The translations under genes were made by a program, and so were the position numbers. A stretch of 64,000 bases of DNA, filler included, from Basidiobolus ranarum (Eukaryota): NCBI GenBank assembly GCA_040143965.1. It is 20 parts of 20 records of this genome, joined end to end, with 100 filler letters (N's around TTAATTAATTAA, not from the genome) between each part and the next. Parts side by side here need not be neighbours in the genome. Positions count along the whole stretch, not along the records: positions 35,377 to 38,483 come from JASJQH010009600.1; positions 38,584 to 41,689 come from JASJQH010009601.1; positions 41,790 to 44,894 come from JASJQH010009602.1; positions 44,995 to 48,097 come from JASJQH010009603.1; positions 48,198 to 51,300 come from JASJQH010009604.1; 15 more parts are not named here. One strand, given 5' to 3'. The notes beneath the pieces are model-generated. The model searched no databases and was not told the DNA's origin. It saw nothing but the letters and a program-made list of their open reading frames with translations. Positions 35,377 through 49,535 of the stretch are shown in pieces (within the stretch, counting starts at the first letter, position 1; every line of letters starts with the position of its first letter).

Positions 35377-38300
35377 TTTGATGGAGATATTGACACAAAC
35401 TTGTGTTGGGTATGAGCTAAACCTTGGGTATGAAGAACTCTATAAAAATATTGAAATTTCACTCCTGAAACTGAAGAAATTGATTAAAATCAAATCTAAC
35501 TTGACAATTTTATGATTGTGAGTAAACAGTCAACCCCAAATGGATTAAAATTGTGATGGTTTCCTACAATAACAATCCCTAAATTTCTGTTTGGGTGAAA
35601 AAAGTACACCTGCTACATAGGGTGGTATTTTAGATATAGCCCATCAATATCATCATCTGATTCTGAGACAGTGTCACAGATAAGTCATCAGGAAATTGAC
35701 CAGATATTTCCAGTAATGGATGGCAATTTTGGTTTATCATGAGCTGTTTCTAAACAATTTCTTTACACAATGTTCACCATCTGAAAATTCAAATGCCATC
35801 CAAGAAGCATTCAAAATCAAATTCAAAATTGGCTTCCAAGCCAAAACCTGCTAGCACAAAAGGAAAAAAACCAGCAAGAACATAGGACTATATTGATGAG
35901 CAGTCTATCAATTCACTATCCACTTTGTAAGGCATTAACATGCTGTAAACTAACTTAAGTAATGATGAAGCATTAATCAATATATGTAATGTGTTCCTTT
36001 GCCACAATATTGCAAGTGAAGAGATTTTGATCCCAAACCACATAGTAAATCAATAGTTGAGCAAATTTTGACCAAAACACTTTCAAAACCATGAACTTCC
36101 AAAATGGCTACTTTGCCCACTATTGAACAACCCTCTGCAAAAAATTTGGATAAAACTATTACAACCAGGGAATTGCAGGCAGAACATCATAATAATTTAT
36201 ATGCAATCATAAGTAAAAACTATGAAGTTGCTATACAGGGCATGATAAGTAATAGCATTGCAATATTGCAATCAGTGCAGCATTTGTAAGCAGCTAGTCA
36301 ACAGTGAGAGAGTCACTCAGTTATGATACAAGACCTTCAGATTTCTGTACTTAAGCTGCAGCAACATGCTGCTCCCTCCATCCTTTCTCATTTGGGATTT
36401 CAATCAATCCTACACCATACATATGAACATCACCATGACAATCTAGCTGAGCAGAATATATGCTGGACCACTAAACCTACACCACAACCCAAAATTACTT
36501 GGGCTCATGAAAATGGAAATCTCATAAGAAAACCGGCAAACCAAAAGACTCTAAATGTCAGAGCTGCCATCATTTGCTCTGCTGATGAGTGGTTTAACAT
36601 TTTGGAAACTTTGCAGAATGTTGCCCAAAATCACTTGGATTTGAGCCAATCATGGAAAAGCCAAAAACCAGGCATTACTCCAAAGGTTTTTCACTTATTT
36701 CATGTAGCTTATCCTGGATTTTTGCAAGCAAATGGCAATTGGGTTAGTATAGGCTTAATCATGCAACATCTCAGAAATGAAGACAATTATTGACTTAGAA
36801 AAGAACAAAAAGCAGCTAAAGAAGTACTTAAGGATCAGGAAGTTACTAAACCCAAGGGAAAAGCAAAGGAGCCAATCAGCTTAGGCTCTACTGTCCCACC
36901 TATGTAATTCTTCCCAACATTATAAAGAACTGTATTTCCAGAGTCAGATATACTGGAAAAAAAGCCTCATTTTATAATGAAACCAGGTACACCAGTTGAC
37001 AAAGTGCTAAATTCAGAAGTTTATCCAACACCTGGCACCTCTCAGCAAGCCAAAACATCAGAAAATAAAACCTATGGCTATCCAACCTCAACTGGTACTT
37101 TTGAAATGTTGAAATTAGTCCTAAACTTAAAGGCAAGCAAAAAGCCACATAAATACTGCAAAGCACCCTCAGTGGTGTCACACTCCAAGAATGTATGAAA
37201 ATAGTAAAAGCTCTTGATGAGTATTTTCACAAGTATGAAGGGAAAAATGCAATGCAAGTATGCAGAAAGTGGCTTCAGAAGAACAACATTCAACTTGACA
37301 TTCAGTCTGGTGTTGACCATGCAGATATCCAGGAAGAACTAAATACAGAGTGACACAATATTGCAGGGGATCTGCCAGATCTTGAAATTTCACTCCTGAA
37401 ACTGAAAAAATTGATTAAAATCAAATCTAACTTGACAATTTTATGATGGGGAGTAAATGGTCAATCCCAAATGGATATAAACTGTGATGGTATTCCTACA
37501 CTAACCATCTTCAAATTTCTGTCAGGGCTTATAGTTTCTGTTGTTTTGTTTTATGTATCAAAGGACTGCAATGGAAACAGTGACAAGATAAAATCTTAGA
37601 TGAAGATTGTGTGGTTACAACTTCAAACATAGCTGAAGAAATCAAAAAGGATGTAAAGGTGTGTCTTCCTGATACTGCAAAGAGGATTAGTAACATGATA
37701 GATCTAAGACAAGAGTTACTGGAGTTATTGATAAATTTGTACTTGTCAGTGCCCAAACCTGGCAATAAAAGTTGGTGATAGTTGAGCTAAAAAGGTTATA
37801 AAAATGGGTGAACAAGTGATCTGTTATCCTTATCTACATACAACCCTAACTAAAATATGAGGATTTTTATTTTGGGAAAACCAACACAATATTAATCTAT
37901 TTTGAATTAATTTTTTACGTACCACCATAAGATTGTCAAGTTAGATTGAATTTACTTACTTTTTTCAGCTTCAGGACTGATATATCAAGATCTCACAAAG
38001 TAGTTGCACATGATTGGCTACAATCTCTGGCAACTTTGGATCAACACATGTGCAAAAAAGGTAGCTCAAATTTTACACATTTACCACTTGTATGCTAATT
38101 TGTCACCTTTGAAATCCCTAGTTTCTTTGGTGTATTCAACTGAATATTTCTAGAGTTCTTTATACCCAAGGTTGAGCTCATATCTAACACAAGTTTGTAT
38201 CAATATCTCCATCAAAGCCCATCAATGTATTGAGATTGCTGAATCAACATTCTTTCAGCTATCTGGCAGGAACCCTGCAATATTGTGCCACTCTGTGTTT

Positions 38301-39261
38301 AAGTTCTCACCCAATATCTCCATGGTCAACACCAGACTGAATGTTAATGTGAATTTACTTCATCTGAAGCAACTCTCTGTATACTTGCACTAAGTTTTTC
38401 CCTTAATCCTATTATAAATACTCCTAAAGCACTTTTACTATTTTTATAGATCCTTTAAGTGTGACACTACTAAGGGTGCTTTGNNNNNNNNNNNNNNNNN
38501 NNNNNNNNNNNNNNNNNNNNNNNNNNNTTAATTAATTAANNNNNNNNNNNNNNNNNNNNNNNNNNNNNNNNNNNNNNNNNNNNAAAGTTAAAGTCAAGCA
38601 AAAAGCCGCCCAAAAACCACAAAGCACCATTGTTAGAATCACACTACAAGGATGTACAAAAATAGTCAAAGTGCTTCAGGAGTCTTTTCACAAGTATGAG
38701 GGGAAAAACACAGTGCAAGTATGAAGAAAGTGGCTTCAGAACAAGAACATTCAACTTGACATTCAATCTGGTGTTGATCATGCTGATATCTGGGAAGAAC
38801 TTAATACAGAGTGGCACAACATTGCAGGGTATCTGCCAGATAGCTGGAAGAATGTTGATTCAGCAACATTAATACAATGGTGGGCTTTGATGAAGATATT
38901 GATACAAACTTGTGCTGGGTATGAGCTAAACCTTGGGTATAAAGAACTCTATAAAAATATGCAGGAGAATATATCAAAGAGACTAGGGATTTCAAAGATG
39001 ACAAATTAGCATTCAAGTGGTAATTGTGTAAAGATTGAGTTATGTTTTTTGCACCTGTGTTGATCCATAGTTCTCTGAAATTTTAGCCAATCATGTGCAA
39101 CTATTTTGCAAGTTCTTGAAATTTCACTCTTGAAACTGAAAAAATTTATTAAAATCAAATCTAATTTGACAATTTTATGACAGAGAGTAAACAGTCAATC
39201 CCATATGGATTAAAATTGTGATGGTTTTCCTATGATAACAATCCTGAAATTTCTGTTAGGG
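35377..39261. mobile_element. Multiple right arms of the CACTA-like element across two contigs; longest accessory-ORF copy at 35793-37380 (+)
   Basis: Termini at 35595, 37527, ~37844 (inverted) and 39261. ORF ..TLPTIEQPS..AAPSILSH..VRAAIICSADEW..YPGFLQANGNW. Confidence 0.82.
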
Positions 39262-39712
39262 AAGCCAAAATTTAAAGAATTAAGATTTAAGTCAGGATAA
39301 AGATATATGAATATCTAGTTGAGTGGGAGTGCTGAAGTTTACTGTCTTTATCATATTTGTTATCTCTATCTTGATTCATCTAACTATTTCATATATCATA
39401 TATAAGTTAGCTAACATTACTTAGTCAAATATCACTTAGCTGAAAATCAAACAGAATGTATATTATATATATATGTGAATAATGTGAGATTTAGCAATTC
39501 CATATTGGAAATTTCAAACTCAATCAAATTGCCCAAAAAATAGCACATTTTACTCCCACAGATGTTCTGAACTTAACCCCAGTATTAGCTTTCTGTATTT
39601 CTACCAAAATGTATAAGAGCTTCATTTCTGGACAATAAATAATTATCTCACATAAGTTATACACAACTCCACTCTTCTAAAGTTCCTCCAAGCAGCCCAT
39701 ATTTTGCTAATA
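39262..39712 (+). mobile_element. Copia 3' tail, PPT and LTR-B
   Basis: AGTTGAGTGGGAG followed by an LTR matching 26476-26853. Confidence 0.85.
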
Positions 39713-39719
39713 ATCATAG

Positions 39720-40945
39720 TTATTAATTGCTAAAATCTCATCAACAAACTAAGACCTGGCAATCTACTGAGTTTGAAATGCAAGATCATTTGTTACTAGC
39801 ATATTATCTTGGGATGCAAATATTTCAAAATTCAAATATTGGAACACTCTGCATACACAAGAAAATATATTGGAGATGTTTTAAACAGATTCAAACTGTA
39901 TTATCAACTACAGAAGCAGAATATATGGCAAGCTCAATGGCTATTCAAGAAGCTATATGGCTAAGAAGTCTTCTCAAGGAATTAGGACATGATCAAGTTA
40001 ATCCTACCCAATATATCAAGATAATATATGTTGCATTCAGATCACCAAAATTGTGGTTCATCACTCAAGGATGAAATATATTGATGTAAGACATCATTTT
40101 ACACAAGAGAAAGTTTGAGACAAGGAAGTGAACTTTATTTATTGTAACATTGAAAATATGCTGGCAGATATGCTAACAAAACCAACTTGGAACTTCAAGC
40201 TTTGAGAAGTTAAGAGCAGAAATAGGTATGAGAGAATATAAGCACAATACTGAATAAGAATTAAGGGAAGCTACATCTGAGTTAACATTAGTTATGATAC
40301 ATATATCATAAACAAAAGCAATGTATCTATAGCCCCTATATTCTAAAGAGGAATATCTCTATATCAATATGCCAAGTACATCTTATTAACCCCACTGATC
40401 TATAACATCTTTACAAAAACTCCTGAATATCTGAAACAATTGAATTACTTTTCTACTATATAAGTCACCATATACTCTTGAGAATAAAGTAACTAAAACA
40501 CACTGTCATAAGTTGCTTATGATACACACAGTCTACCCCCATTAAAACAAGATTCTTCCGCAATTCTTCAATGTTGTTGAACTTTGCCCTCTTCTGAGTA
40601 AATGGATGGAAACAATTACAAGTTTGGAATTTTAAGATCAGAATGCTGCTGCAGGAAAATGGATTTTGGGCACTGTGATAGGTGAAGCAGGCAATGCAAA
40701 ACTATCTGAATGCAAAGTTTTACTCCAGATTAAAAAAGAACAAAGTGCCTTTATCAGAATCTGTCTTAGTGTCAAACACAAGTTGTTTTTACATTATTCA
40801 AGAGCTAAAACTACCTAGAAGGTATCAAAAGCAATGGAGGACACCTGCCAAACATGTTCTGCTGCCAACAAGATGTTTCCAATAAGTCAATTCTTTAACT
40901 TAAAGATCAAGCAAGGAGAAAGCATTAAATCAGTAATTACTATAG
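39720..40945 (+). mobile_element. Copia RNase H, LTR-C and gag fragments
   Basis: LSTTEAEYMASSMAIQEAIWLR. LTR matches 25041-25262. Gag fragment matches 55180-55540. Confidence 0.8.
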
Positions 40946-41689
40946 TCACTACTTCAGTAGCCCTAGCAAAAATAAATCAATTTGATCCAGATTGGATACA
41001 CCCTTCTGGATGGCAAAACCATCAGAGAATCATCACAATATTAATAGCTTGAATTCTGCCACAGATTTTGCTAGTGAGATTGCAGCTTCTTGATGGTATT
41101 TTGACAATATTCAAATAGAGTAGAATATTGACACTCATATTTAGCATGTAATGTTTAATTTCCCACAATTTTTGTGAAAAAAACTAATTTTCAAATGGCA
41201 AATTACTGGGTTTACTGCCGTAGGTATTTGAATTAATATGCATGCCTTTAAGAAGATATCTTAGGCTTTGTATACCAGCCATGATGAGAATCAAAAAATA
41301 CAAGAATTTTGTTGGGTATAGTCTCTACATATACACATACTTAAATGATCAAACATGGCTCAAAAACATGAGTACATTTTACCACCAAACCAATGGTGGA
41401 AAAATTGCTTAACATTCAAAATTTTCAATAGCACTGACACTTGGCAAATAGCTGACTCTTGTTACCATTCACAATGAGAATAAGCTCTTGGATTTTGGCA
41501 AATTTCTGTAAAGAATTCAGCCAATATATCCCTGACTTGCAGTCAACAAATGTCCTGCCACAAGTAGATGTGTCATTGCTTGAATAGATTACCTCATGGC
41601 TAAAACAATAATACTGCATATCTCCATCTATCTCACCAAGAAGTCTGTCTTGCAGCTTTCCTAAAAATACCGTCAGATTATCACTCAAG
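40946..41689 (-). mobile_element. CACTA-like left arm (transposase 3' end)
   Basis: DNLTVFLGKLQDRLLGEID, matching 28455-28856. Terminus CCCTAGCAAAAATAAA near 40961. Confidence 0.8.
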
Positions 41690-41789
41690 NNNNNNNNNNN
41701 NNNNNNNNNNNNNNNNNNNNNNNNNNNNNNNNNTTAATTAATTAANNNNNNNNNNNNNNNNNNNNNNNNNNNNNNNNNNNNNNNNNNNN

Positions 41790-42190
41790 GATAATGGTGG
41801 AGAATATACTTCAACACTATTTAAGCACTTTTGCAAAGTTCATGGAATTAAGCAAGAAACTACTGCTCCCTATTCACCTCAACAAAATGGAGTTGCTGAA
41901 AGAGCTAACAGGACTATAATAGAAATGGCAAGATCTATGATAAATGCACAAAATTTATCTCATAACTTTTGGGTGGAATCTGTTGCTACAGCTGTATATC
42001 TGAAGAATAGGAGCTTTACTAGAAGTCTGTCTAACTCTACACCATATCAAGCTTGGTTTGGAGTTAAACCTGATGTAAAACATTTGAGGATCTTTGGATG
42101 CATTGCTTATGTCAAAATTATGACCAAAAATTGGTCTAAATTTGATCCAAAAAGTAAGAAATGCATATTTCTGGGTTATTGTACTATTAT
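41790..42190 (+). mobile_element. Copia integrase fragment
   Basis: DNGGEY, PYSPQQNGVAERANRTIIEMARSM, HLRIFGC. Confidence 0.93.
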
Positions 42191-42345
42191 ATCTTATTAC
42201 ACAAACTCCTGAATATCTCAAATAATTGATTTACTTTTCTACTATAGAAGTCACCATACACTCTTAAGAATAAAGTAACTAAAACATGCTATCACAAGTT
42301 GCTTTTAATACCCAAAGTCTACCCCCATTATGTCAAGATCCTCCA

Positions 42346-44490
42346 ATAGTTGCTTCACAAGCAGCTATGTATTCTGCTGCTGTAGTTGAAAGTGCTATAG
42401 TTGGTTGCTTCTATTAATTTCAAGAAATAGTTCTATTACAGCAAGAAATTCAGTATCATATAGTAGATCTCCTGTCTTCAATATCTCTTCCCAGTTTGCA
42501 TCAGAATATCCCATCAGATCAAAGCATGATCTAGGATATGATTATTGCAAGGACAGAGCCACAGTATCCTTCAAATGTCTGAAGATCTGCTTAACTGCTA
42601 TGATTTGATTGGATCCATTATTTTGAGCATATTAACATATAAATCCTGCAGAAGGTGCAATATCTGGCCATGTTCGAACCATGATATATACCCAACTATT
42701 GACCATAGATTGATAAAGAGACTTTTGGCTTTCATTTGCATACAAGAATGTTTGAATTTAGCCATTTTTGTTGAACTTAAGATTTGTCTCCATTGGGGTA
42801 TATACTGATTTTTGTCACTCTCTGAGGTTGTTTTGAATGAAAATGTTTTGTTTTCATCAAGCAAAGCATCCTTGGACTTGATTAACATTGAAATATTGGT
42901 ATCATAGAGTCTGTAGGCCTTAGTTTGAGTATAATGACCCTGAAATATGCATTTCTTACTTTTTCAATCAACTTTAGACCAATTTTTGGCATAATTTTGA
43001 CATAAGCAATGTATCCAAAGATCCTCAAATGTCTTATATTAGATATATCTCCAAACCAAGTTTGATATGGTGTAGAGTTTGACAAACTTCTAGTAAAACT
43101 TTAATGCTTCTGATATATAGCTATAGCAACAGATTCCACCCAAAAATATGAGATTAATTTTGTGCATTTATCATAGATCTTGCCATTTCTATTAAAGTCT
43201 TGTTGGCTCTTTCAGCAACTCTATTTTGCTAAGGTAAACAGGAGGCAGTAGCTTCTTGCTTAATTCCATGAACTTTGTAAAGTGATTCAATAGTGTTGAA
43301 GTATATTCTTCACCATTATCAGTGCGTATTTTCTTGATTCTGGTTCTAGTGTAAGTCTCCACATGAGCTTTGAAATCTCTAAAGATAGAGGGTACTTCTT
43401 CTTTACTTTCCACAAAGTAGACCCAAGTGTATCTTGTATAATCAAGAATAAGGTGACTGAGTATCTTTTTTATCTAAAGATAAATTTTGCATAGGTCCAT
43501 ACATATCTGAATGCATTATATCCAATTTTTGATGGATTTAATTAAACCAGAGCTTTTGAATAGTTGCATGGCTTGTTTTCCATGTATACAACCCTTGCAT
43601 ATTTTTTTTTGGCTGGGGGGTTAATCCGAATTTCATAAATTAGGCAATCTTGGACCATTTTGCTCATATACTCAAATTCAATATGGCCAAATCTCTTATA
43701 CCATAATTCAATAGTCTCTTGACTGGATGAACTTATATCTACACATAAACCTCTTGGATTCTATGTAAGTTTGTATAAGCTCTGATCCCTTTCTCCCAAA
43801 GCTAAGTAACTCCCATTTTGATCAGTTTTGATGCATCCTGATTTATCAAAATTGAATTTTAGCCCATCTGAGGTGGCCTTGAATAACTATATTGAATTCT
43901 TGGCAGTATCTGAAGCATGCAGTACCTCCTTAAAAGTATATACTTTCTCTTCAGAAGCATCAGTCAAATTGTCTTGAATTGTTCCCATTCCAATAGCATC
44001 CAATGTATGAGCATCTCCCATGAAAACCTTTCCAATTGGGATTTCTTCATAATCTACATACCAATATTTTTCATTTCTGAGATACTGGGAGGCTCTAGAA
44101 TCAATATACCACATCAGAGAATCCTTATTTGTAGTCATAGATAGAGCATATATGAACAAGTGATCTTCTGTTTTAACCATATTTCCAGATTCAGTTTATT
44201 TATTTTCTTTGGCAATTCTTTTAAAGCAATCTTTGCTTAAATGGTCAGTTCATTCACTGTAATCACAGAATGTGTTACTGTTTTTCTCCAAGTGCTCTTG
44301 AATCTTGTAGAAATGTTTTCATAGCCAATTGAAGCATTTTCTTCATTCTTTTTGTAGGATCCTAATATGCATAAGTCTCCATCCAGAAGTCTACCAAATA
44401 CATAATTGAAGGTTGAATTTTGAGTTCTTGATTCTAAAGCCATTAATAGGCTCTAAAGCTCGTGTAGCTGGCTGTTAGGACTTTAACTGT
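42346..44490 (-). mobile_element. Deleted copia gag-pol pseudogene
   Basis: WYIDSRAS, IRTDNGEEY, HLRIFGY, GYSDANW. RT core deleted near 42790. Confidence 0.9.
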
Positions 44491-45100
44491 TAAGGTTTGT
44501 GGGAGCCAGTTGGAAGTGGTTTGGGAATCAGAGAAATTGATGGTTTTCACTTGTTGATTTATTGAGTAGAAAGTTGACATATATAGTCTTGTTAAAATGT
44601 AAACAAACTAATGTGTATAATGTGTTAAACAAGAAGGTCCCAGGAACATATGTGCAAAGTTTGGGGCTTCTAGCACAAGCTTGAAAAATCTATAAATCTG
44701 AGAACTTCTAAGTTGGTAAAAATATTCCAAGTAAATTCCAATTGAAAATAATGGATAACATCTTAGTGAATTTTAAGGTTAACAAGTACTAAGCTATATA
44801 TTGTTAAAGTATTTGGGAGCCTGTTGGAAGTGGTTTGGAGAATTAGAGGAATTGGTGGTTTTCACTTATTGATTTATTGAGTAGAAAGTTGACANNNNNN
44901 NNNNNNNNNNNNNNNNNNNNNNNNNNNNNNNNNNNNNNTTAATTAATTAANNNNNNNNNNNNNNNNNNNNNNNNNNNNNNNNNNNNNNNNNNNNTGATAT
45001 TTGACTAAATAATGTTGACTAACTAATATGTGATATATGAAATAGTTAGGTGTATAAAGATAGGGATAACATATATGATAAAGACAATAAACTTCAACAC
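44491..45100 (-). repeat. LTR-A copies and an LTR-B fragment (separated by a linker)
   Basis: Reverse-complement matches to 25892-26239 and 26476-26580. Confidence 0.82.
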
Positions 45101-45839
45101 AAACAAACCACAAACTAGACCGGACAAGCCAATGCATACCACAGCACATTGACCTCAAGCCACAACTCATGCTGGCCAAGGTAGAGGAACTTCAGAAGAA
45201 TCAAACCAACCACCTCAGTGCAGAGGTTCAAGCAAAGTTCCTTCCGTGGAAATATCAAGAAGACAACAAAAGTAACAGAAGCAAATCAGCATGTAATGCT
45301 TCAAACCTAGGCAACTGCTGAATACTCTTGTTAATACTTACATTATCCTATCTTTACTGTTTAGTGCATGATGCAAAATTGATATGGATCGCATTTAAAT
45401 ATAGCATAAATTGCTTTAGTTAGATCACCATTGCCTATGTGTTTATGAAACACTGATAGCATGAAATTGGTATATATCAAAAAAATCAATGATAGCCTAT
45501 TAAAACAAGTGATTTCACTACAATCAAATGAAAAATGTCTGTCAATAAAAAGCTTACACAGCTGTATTGGCATGATATGGCTCAATCCATTCACATTTTC
45601 ACCCAATTAGAAGCTTACATGATTGAATAAATGATTTGCTGATCTAAAAATAATGAGTCAAGCGATCCTGATCACTACTATCATATTGCAGGTTGATCCA
45701 TCATTGAGTGCTGTGATTTGTTGCCGGTGTGCCAAAATTACTGGTGTTTTGTAATGCAGGAGCTGTTGTGCCCAATTGAAAATCAGGATGCTGTGTTGGT
45801 GAGGGACAAATGATTGGCCTAAAAAAATGTGAATGTCTT

Positions 45840-46170
45840 GGTTATACATTTGATTGGGTAAGTGACAGTATATATTGCTTATTGTTACACATTCAGTAAT
45901 TTTTAAGTTACAAACTAGGGGATGAACTTACTTTGTCAGTTACCCAAAATTGTAACTTGGCAATACTAAATCAGGTACCTTGGTACGGGCTGGCACAATA
46001 TCTCCAATAAACTCATCATGTCTGATTGTGATGGGATAGTGCCATATTGTTCCTTTTAGTGTCTGATCAAGTGTTATAGGACCCAGCCTTGGTAATTGAC
46101 AGATTGCACCAGATGGTGTACTAGCAGGCTGGATTGAGCGGCACAATCTGACCTGGTCCAATGGAACAAG
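45840..46170. repeat. Unclassified repeat shared with 60998-61330
   Basis: About 330 bp colinear between two contigs. CpG-poor. Confidence 0.75.
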
Positions 46171-46199
46171 TCTACTAAATTATCTTCATTTAGAGATGC

Positions 46200-47007
46200 T
46201 CCAGTGGAAGAGAGCTAATCAGCCATAGTTTTTATCCAATTTATATGTTTAAGCTTAGAATCATCAGAATTCACCTGAATTGAGAATAATTTTCACGTAA
46301 GATATAGCCTATCAGCCAGACTTTTAGTCTCATATAGTCCCTCAAGTGTTTCCCAAGGATTTTGGATGTTTTTGGCTGATTGTACGTTCCTCAGTTGAGA
46401 GTCTCTGAGATGTAGACAAATTGTAGAGAGTGCTGTTCTCTGCTTCTTATGAAATGCAAGGATAGCTTTTGGTGGTCCCTTTGGCTCTATTACCTCTCTT
46501 GTAACAAATCCCCAAAGGTCCTTGTTTTCTAGCACCATTTGCATGTAGAACTTTCCAAGGTGCAAGTCTTCTCCATCAAAATTCTCTGTATATGAATAAA
46601 CATTGGTACTAGTACTGGTAGACACTCTTTCAACAACTAGCTTGGGGCTCATAACCTGATAAAAGTGTTTAGGGGATTTGGAAGTGTTTTGGACAAGATT
46701 TGGCTTTATGAATTAGACACTTAAGTTTTATTGTATTCAATATGTCCTATTAATAGTTTACTATGAAATAGGACTATTGGACATACTTGGATCATAACCA
46801 ACACTCCTGTTAAGCATGGGTAAAAATTGGAGGTGATTTGGAGAGGATTTGAGAAAATAGTGAAAATTGGAAAAGGGATCTAATTGATATTCCTTTCAAT
46901 TTGAGCAATAAACACATGTTTTTGAATTACAGAAATGAATACTAACTAATCCAAATATGAATAAAGTAACTACTAAATAATGAGTTGCTATTTACCTAAT
47001 TTCAACA
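46200..47007 (-). mobile_element. Copia 5' end: LTR-D (47007-46657), PBS GGTTATGAGCCC, gag
   Basis: TGTTGAA...TTATCA LTR. PBS complementary to the tRNAiMet anticodon arm. Gag KFYMQMVLENKDLWGFV. Confidence 0.9.
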
Positions 47008-48097
47008 TACTTTGGTATTGATTAGATGAGCAATATTTGGGTGATTTGATCAAAACTTTAAGACTAGGAATCAATGGTATGTAAGCAAAATATGAGCAAT
47101 ATTTTTCTGATTTAGTAATTGTCAATGGTGTGCAAACAGCACATGACTTCAGGTTCTTCATATCACTGGTAATTCTAACTAATTTCACTATGCCAAGTTT
47201 GTGTTCTAAAAATTTCAATGCCATTCAAAAAGCATTTTAAATCTTAACCAAAATTGGTTTTCAAGCATAAGCCTGCTGGCACAAAAGGAAAAAAACAAGC
47301 AAGAACAGAGAATTTAAGTAATGAGCAGTTTAGCACTGCACTATCCACTTTTAAAGGCATCAACTTGCTGGAAACCATTAATGAACTTACCAGATGTGTT
47401 CCTTTTTGGCTGTGGTGCAAGTGATGAGAATGTAGTCCCCAAATTACATAGTAAATCAATACTGGAGCAAAGTTGAACAGAGACATTATGAAAACAATCA
47501 ACTTCCATATTGGCTATCTTGTCAACTTTTAAACAACCCTCAATAGAAAACTTGGATATATTAATTACAACAACCAAATCTCAGGCAGAATGCCTTAATG
47601 ATTTGTATTCAATCATAAGTAAAAGCTACAAAGTTGCTATACAGCCCATGACAAGCAATAATGCTGTAGTATTGCAATTAATGTAGTGTTATGAAGCAAC
47701 TAGTCAACAATTAGAGTCATTTGGCAATGATACAAGACTTTTAGAAAGCTGTATCACGGTAATGATTTGTATGCAATCATAAGTAAAAACTATGAAGTTG
47801 CTATACAGGCCATGATAAGCAATAACGCCACAATATTGCAATTAATGCAGCGTTTGGAAGCTACTAGTCAACAGTTAGAGAGTCACTCAACAATGATACA
47901 AGACCTTCAGAATGCTGTACTTGAGCTACAGCAACATGCTGCTCCCTCCATCCATTCTCATACAGGATTTCAGTCAATCCCACACCAAACATATGAATGT
48001 CATCGTGACAATCTAGCAGAGCAGAATGTGTGTTGGACCATTAAGCCTACACAGCAACCTGATATTGCTTGGGCACATGAAAGTAGAAAACTCATAG
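47008..48097. mobile_element. CACTA-like fragments (transposase piece and two accessory-ORF pieces)
   Basis: Matches 4126-4300 and 35790-36530. Confidence 0.78.
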
Positions 48098-49535
48098 NNN
48101 NNNNNNNNNNNNNNNNNNNNNNNNNNNNNNNNNNNNNNNNNTTAATTAATTAANNNNNNNNNNNNNNNNNNNNNNNNNNNNNNNNNNNNNNNNNNNNACA
48201 TAGTATCATACAACCTGACTCTTTGCAGAGTTAACTTGGTATTAGGAAAAACTAATCAATTGGATGTTGATTTCTCAAAGATGAGGAAGCCTAACATAGG
48301 TGAAGTTTTCATTCAAGCCAAAAGCAAACCTATGAAGTTTCACTTTTTTCAATGATTTTTTTAAATTTTGCACATTGCCATCATATTCTTTTAATGATGG
48401 CTAATGAAAGAGCTATCTTGGGCAATTCTCAACTTAGGCTTATATTTAAATTTTAATGCACTGCATAAAGAAATATGGGTATATGCTATATTGAGCTGCA
48501 CTCAAATGTTTGTACTCTCCGTTAAAATGTTGATCAGCTATTATTAGTAAAGTGCAATTCCAATAATATCTGTGCATGTGTATCTTTATGGCTTTTGCAT
48601 TACTCAAGCCTGACCTTTTCTGGGCACTGTATGGAGTATTATTCACCAAAATACCTTGGCATCCACTGTGACAAGTGTCGTGATAAAGATTGATACGATA
48701 TTACTGAATATGAAATAAATAGCTGGAATGTTCTAAACACAATCTCATCGCCAGTTTTTAATGTTACCTTCCAAGATAGAATCATTGGATTTTTGTTAAA
48801 TTCATAAACTTCTTACAAGAACTCTGTTTCTATAAAGTATCTTCACGAGATGCCAAGTTACACAATTGATTAGGAGCACTAACTTTGGCAGCATGTCTGA
48901 AATCTCTATTTGTTTAATATTTTAATGATGTTGACCCTTGCCAACTTTCTATCATTTTCGAGTGCGTTTAGTGCGTTTCCTCCCATCATAACCATGCGTA
49001 AAGTTATGGTTGAGGTCACAAAACAGTGAAGTATAAATCCAACTTCAAACAATACCGACTCAGGTAAAAATGAAGCATCCGAATCGAACCAAATCAAAAA
49101 CTACAGCAAACCACCTACATTAACTGTATTTGACGTGCTAGCACCATTCTCAATAGACCAAGGTTACGACTTGATTCACCACAGGATCATTATTACCAAA
49201 TGGCGAAATGATCGCTTTTAAGGTATAATTTAGTATGATCTGGGGATGTTCAAATATCAAGATATAATATCCGTTAGTACTAGATTTGATTTATATATCG
49301 ATACAGTAATCATTATCCTTGCCTACATCTAAAATAGAATATATACACTACGAGATCAACAGATGTAAAACTTAAAGTACACTTAATAATAATAAATGCC
49401 TCTCTTTGTCCTGTTTTTACCATTTCAGCCTTTGGAAGTATTTTCCTTTATTTTCGTCTTTCCTATTATTCAAATAGGTAACAAAACCAAAGGGTTTTTT
49501 ATTCTTTATTCCCTCATTGTGCATTGTTTATAATA

